Of a DNA stretch of 64,000 nt, positions 60,132 to 64,000 are shown piece after piece. The first letter of the stretch is position 1. Every line of letters starts with the position of its first letter. A program made the translations under genes and the position numbers. The stretch lies in NCBI GenBank assembly GCA_036149055.1, contig JAYZQJ010000125.1, forward strand, positions 1 to 64,000, read 5' to 3'. Source of the DNA: Myxococcota bacterium. Lineage in GTDB: Bacteria; Myxococcota_A; Polyangia; Polyangiales; Sandaracinaceae. Below the pieces are notes generated by a model. That model saw nothing but the letters and a program-made list of their open reading frames with translations, did no database searches and was not told where the DNA came from.

Positions 60132-63100
60132 CTACTCGAGCGGGATCACGCGCACGCCGTTGAGGGTGTTGCGCATCTCGCGCTGCCGCCACCACATCAC
60201 CGCGTAGCTGACCGAGCCGAGCAGCTCCTGCTCGAGCCAGTATCCGGTCGAGCCCTCGGTGTCGAAGTGGAGGATGGCCCAGTCACCGCCGCCGGCCGGT
60301 CGGACCGCGACCACCGCGTCCTGCGCCGTGGCGTCCTGATAGACGACCCGCACGCCGCCGGCCTCGTCGACCACGAGCGACGCGTCGTCGCCGACGATGT
60401 GGCGGCCGTCGGTGAAGCGCTCGGTGCCGTCGGTCGAGCCGTCGTCGACGACCTCGCGGGTGACCACGGTGCCGTCGGCCTGGACCTGCGCGTAGCGGAG
60501 TGTCTCCTCGGTGCCGTCGACGTAGGCCACGTGCCAGAGGCCGGCCGCGTCGATGAAGAGATCGGCGCTCATGCCCGAGTCCCCGACGTCCGGGTCCATG
60601 CGGGCGTAGCCGTCGATGAGGAAGGGCGCGCCCCAGGCGGCCCCGTCGAAGTGCACGCCATGCACGTTGCCGGCCGAGCGGTCGTAGTACACGAGCGCCA
60701 GCTGCCCGCCGCCCATGTCGGCCAGCGAGGTGTAGAGCCCGAGCGCGGGCGGCATGTCCTCGACGTAGTTCATCGGGAGCGACGCGCGGCAGCTGCCGTT
60801 GAAGCAGACGTCACCGCCGGTGCACTCGGCGCTGCAGTCGGAGGTGGGCGTGACGCACTGGCCGTCCTCGATGCAGGTGGTGCCGAGCCCGCAGAACTGC
60901 GGGCGGCAGGCCATCGGCCCCGCGGCGACCTCGGTGATCGTCCAGTCGGTCTCGGACGCCGGGCTGCCGATGTTGGCCGTGGCCACCATGACCGCGCTCC
61001 GGATGTTGCCCGGCGTCTCGGTGTCCTCCGAGATGCGGAGGTAGGAGACGACCGGCACGCCCGCGTCGGTGAGGACGAGCGAGGCGTAGCGGCCGCTGTC
61101 GCCGGTCGCGTCGACGGTGTGGGTGGCCCACGCGCCGCCGGGGCCGCCGATCGCGAGCTTGAGGGCGCCGTTGCCGACGTCGTAGTAGGCGATCAGGAAG
61201 CTGCCGTCCTGGCGGACCATGCTGGTCCACTGGCCGACGTCGTCGCCGGGCGCGACCACGCCGCCGCGCCAGCCGCTCGGGCCGCGCGCCACCGGGCCCT
61301 CGGGCGCTCCGTCCACGATCTCCCACTCCACCTCGGTGCCGTTCCACGGGCCGAAGACCAGGTCGCCGTAGGGGAGGCCGGGGGTGCCCGGGCTGTAGCC
61401 GCTCACGAAGACGTTGCCGGCGTCGTCGATCACCGCGTCGAGGTGGGTCGCGAGCTGCCCGGGCGGCAGCGGCGGCTTCTCCTCGCACGCGGAGCAGGAC
61501 ACGCCGCACGAGCCGTCGAGGGTGACGTTGTCGACCGGGCAGGTGAAGCCCGGGTCGCACAGGTCGTCGACGTCGTAGGCGACGCACATGTCCATCGCCT
61601 CGCAGCAGATCTCACCGCTGGTGTCGGCCGGCGGGGAGGCCGGCGGGCACCCGCCGGAGCAGGGGCCCGGCGGGTCCATCGGGTCGCCGCACTCGCAGCC
61701 GCTGGCCAGGAGCGCGGAGAGCGCGATCACCGAGAAGAGCGACAGAAAGGGAAGGCGCCGGCGGCGACGCGGGACCTCCCGCGCCCGCCGTCGAGTCAGC
61801 GCGAGGCCGAAGAGCCCGAGCAGCGCGAGCGCGCCGAGGGGCAGCTTCGAGCCGGCGCCCGGAGCGGCGCAGCCGCAGCCGTCGCCCGAGGCGGCGTTGG
61901 GCAGCCCGCGGATGAGCGCCTGCTGCGAGCGGCCGACGTTGCCGGCCTCGTCGCGCGCCTCGACGAGCTCGACCTGCGCGTCGCCCTCGAGCGGCATCGC
62001 CCGCTCGGCGGTCCACGCGGTCCAGCTCCCGTTCACCAGGAAGCGGTACTCGAGGGCGTCCTGGGGCGAGACCACGTCGGTCGCGTCCACCTCGATGCCC
62101 TCGTAGGTGCGCTCCGCCACCACGGTCGGCGGCAGGATGTCGACCACGAGCTCGGCCCGCGCGGGCGACGCGTCGACGCTGAGCGGCTCGCCGGCCACCC
62201 GCGCCCGGGCCTCGATCTCGTGGCGGGCCTGGAGCAGCAGGATCTCGTCGGCGATCTGGATCCGCTCGTCGGTGGTCCAGGCCGACCAGGGCCCGCCGTC
62301 GATGCGGTAGCTGTACTCGTACTCGACGCCCAGGGGGCCCTCGGCCGCGAAGTGGAGCCACGCGCGGTTGCCGTCGCCCTCGGCCCAGGTCTCCGGGTTC
62401 ATCGAGGTCCGGTCGAGCTCGAGGTCGCTGACCTCGACCGTGGTCTCGACCGGCGCGGAGTAGGGCATCGGGCCGGCGAGCGCGAGGTTGGCGAAGATGG
62501 CGAGGAAGCGATCCTCACCCTCGGTCGCCTGGGTGATGCCGCCCTCGGGAACCTCGAGGTTGAAGCCCATGATCTCCGGGAGGTCGATCGGGCTGATGCC
62601 GCTGGTCAGCATGCCGGCGAACGAGCTGATGACCGTCTCCAGCGTGCCGGCGAGGGCCTCGGGGCGCTCCGCGAGCAGCTCGCTGTTGGTGACCATCGAG
62701 TTCTCGGCCTCGACGCCGAGGATCATCGGCACGATCTGTCCGTCCTCGACGACCAGGTTCATGGAGATCACCAGGTCGGTCTGGAAGGTCATGAAGCGCA
62801 CGTAGCGCTCGGTGCTCCAGACGTAGAAGTCCATCTGCGCCTGCGGCAGCGTGATCGTCAGGAGCGGATCGTCGCCGGTCCCCGTGCCGACCGTGAAGTC
62901 CGGCGGCAGCTGCGGCCGCACCGCGATGGTCAGCGCCGCGTTCTCCTCGGGGAAGGTCAGCTCCGGCAGCGACATGATCGCCGCCGAGACGAGCCCGGTG
63001 CTCAGCTGCTGGCTGAGCCGCGTCCCGGCCCCGATGCACAGCGCGCCGGAGTCGAAGAACCCGTACCCGGCGTAGTCCATGTAGTCCTCGGCGATGCCGA

Positions 63101-64000
63101 TGCCGAGGTGGGTCTCCGTGGTGGAGCCCGGGATGGTGTTCGCGCGGAACGCCGCGGCCCGTGGGATCTCGGGGAGCGGTGGCGGCTCCACGATGGGCAC
63201 GCACGGGTTGTGCGCCGGCGTCTCGGTGAACGTCCGGTCCATGCCCATGAAGCCTCCGTAGAAGAAGAGGCTCATACCCTCGTTCACCGCCTCGCCGTCG
63301 CCGCCCGACGCCAGCAGGAACTGGATGTAGGCGTGCGTGCCCGGCGAGAACCCACCGATGAGGTTGCCGCCGAGGTCGCCGCGGCCGTCGCTCCCCAAGA
63401 GGATGGGCACGCACTGCGCGTCCTCGTTGTTCTCGAAGCGGCAGGTGGAGTCGGGGTTCTCGTCCGGCACCGAGAACGTGCCGGTCGGGCAGCCGTACTC
63501 GCCGCGGGTCTGACACAGCGCGTCGTTCACCGCGTCGTCGACGAGCCCGTCGACCTGATCCTCGACCATGTCGATGATGAAGTTCTTGATGAAGCCCAGG
63601 TTGAGGGCTCCGCAGGAGCCGAGGAATCCGCCCGAGATGCGGATGTCCTCGTCCTCGATGCCCTGGCCCGGCGCCAGGGTGGCGTTCTCGACGATCACCT
63701 CGGTGTAGCCCTGCCGTGCGGCGCGCACCGGGTCGTCGACGGGGATGCCGGCGAAGCGGATGTCTGCGTCGAAGCCGACGATGGGGCGACTGCCGCGACG
63801 GCTGTCGAGGTCCAGATCGCACGTGCCGTTCCAGCGATCCCGCTCGCCGGCGCGATTGCGGCTGTCGAGGATGAGCTCGATGTGCGCTCGCAGGACGTTC
63901 GGGTCCGTGGGGGAGATCTCGAGAGAGTCGATCTCGAGGTGGGCCGTACAGTCGTTGTCCTCGCAGATCGTGATCGTGATGCCGGCGTCCACCTCCTGGC
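60132..64000 (-). CDS. Large secreted protein with internal MYXO-CTERM and internal lipoprotein signal (5'-partial, extends beyond window)
   Basis: Open frame >1280 aa; GCGCAAPG...ALALLGLFGLALTRRR then LFSVIALSALLASGC; C-terminal GQWTSM/GRYASL/GLYTSL/GMSADL blade-like repeats. Confidence 0.9.
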   Translation of the reverse strand, partial: QEVDAGITITICEDNDCTAHLEIDSLEISPTDPNVLRAHIELILDSRNRAGERDRWNGTCDLDLDSRRGSRPIVGFDADIRFAGIPVDDPVRAARQGYTEVIVENATLAPGQGIEDEDIRISGGFLGSCGALNLGFIKNFIIDMVEDQVDGLVDDAVNDALCQTRGEYGCPTGTFSVPDENPDSTCRFENNEDAQCVPILLGSDGRGDLGGNLIGGFSPGTHAYIQFLLASGGDGEAVNEGMSLFFYGGFMGMDRTFTETPAHNPCVPIVEPPPLPEIPRAAAFRANTIPGSTTETHLGIGIAEDYMDYAGYGFFDSGALCIGAGTRLSQQLSTGLVSAAIMSLPELTFPEENAALTIAVRPQLPPDFTVGTGTGDDPLLTITLPQAQMDFYVWSTERYVRFMTFQTDLVISMNLVVEDGQIVPMILGVEAENSMVTNSELLAERPEALAGTLETVISSFAGMLTSGISPIDLPEIMGFNLEVPEGGITQATEGEDRFLAIFANLALAGPMPYSAPVETTVEVSDLELDRTSMNPETWAEGDGNRAWLHFAAEGPLGVEYEYSYRIDGGPWSAWTTDERIQIADEILLLQARHEIEARARVAGEPLSVDASPARAELVVDILPPTVVAERTYEGIEVDATDVVSPQDALEYRFLVNGSWTAWTAERAMPLEGDAQVELVEARDEAGNVGRSQQALIRGLPNAASGDGCGCAAPGAGSKLPLGALALLGLFGLALTRRRAREVPRRRRRLPFLSLFSVIALSALLASGCECGDPMDPPGPCSGGCPPASPPADTSGEICCEAMDMCVAYDVDDLCDPGFTCPVDNVTLDGSCGVSCSACEEKPPLPPGQLATHLDAVIDDAGNVFVSGYSPGTPGLPYGDLVFGPWNGTEVEWEIVDGAPEGPVARGPSGWRGGVVAPGDDVGQWTSMVRQDGSFLIAYYDVGNGALKLAIGGPGGAWATHTVDATGDSGRYASLVLTDAGVPVVSYLRISEDTETPGNIRSAVMVATANIGSPASETDWTITEVAAGPMACRPQFCGLGTTCIEDGQCVTPTSDCSAECTGGDVCFNGSCRASLPMNYVEDMPPALGLYTSLADMGGGQLALVYYDRSAGNVHGVHFDGAAWGAPFLIDGYARMDPDVGDSGMSADLFIDAAGLWHVAYVDGTEETLRYAQVQADGTVVTREVVDDGSTDGTERFTDGRHIVGDDASLVVDEAGGVRVVYQDATAQDAVVAVRPAGGGDWAILHFDTEGSTGYWLEQELLGSVSYAVMWWRQREMRNTLNGVRVIPLE

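Overview
High-GC chromosomal window, very likely from a myxobacterium (Polyangia/Sandaracinaceae-like). This is inferred from a CglF/GltF-type protein, an AgmX/PglI-type TonB-C lipoprotein, a MYXO-CTERM motif, Cys-rich repeat lipoproteins and a giant TPR protein. It has about 55 CDS, including gyrB, glgA, pdxH, panD and a cold-shock gene, plus one tRNA-Leu(TAA). I saw no CRISPR array, integrase or transposase. The most notable items are: (1) a translationally coupled seven-gene operon (24209-32161) in which glycogen synthase sits among three ATP-grasp ligases, two serine esterases (one with a CBM48/Ig-like N-terminus) and a peptidase-S51-like protein, with a fourth ATP-grasp paralog nearby that appears to start at ATC; this is a candidate alpha-glucan modification or peptide-glucan storage system; (2) an HTH-photoactive yellow protein fusion with Tyr42/Glu46/Cys69 intact, whose start codon overlaps that of a divergent small repeat protein; (3) a coupled RlmN-like radical SAM / AbiEii-like nucleotidyltransferase / TIGR02996-LRR trio directly upstream of tRNA-Leu(TAA), in an island-like stretch bounded by a truncated HAD gene; (4) a large ORF with an internal MYXO-CTERM immediately followed by a second lipoprotein signal, suggesting a polyprotein; (5) a recurring TAnnnT-6nt-GTG pattern suggesting frequent leaderless mRNAs. 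All family assignments come from motifs recognised by eye; no database searches were run.
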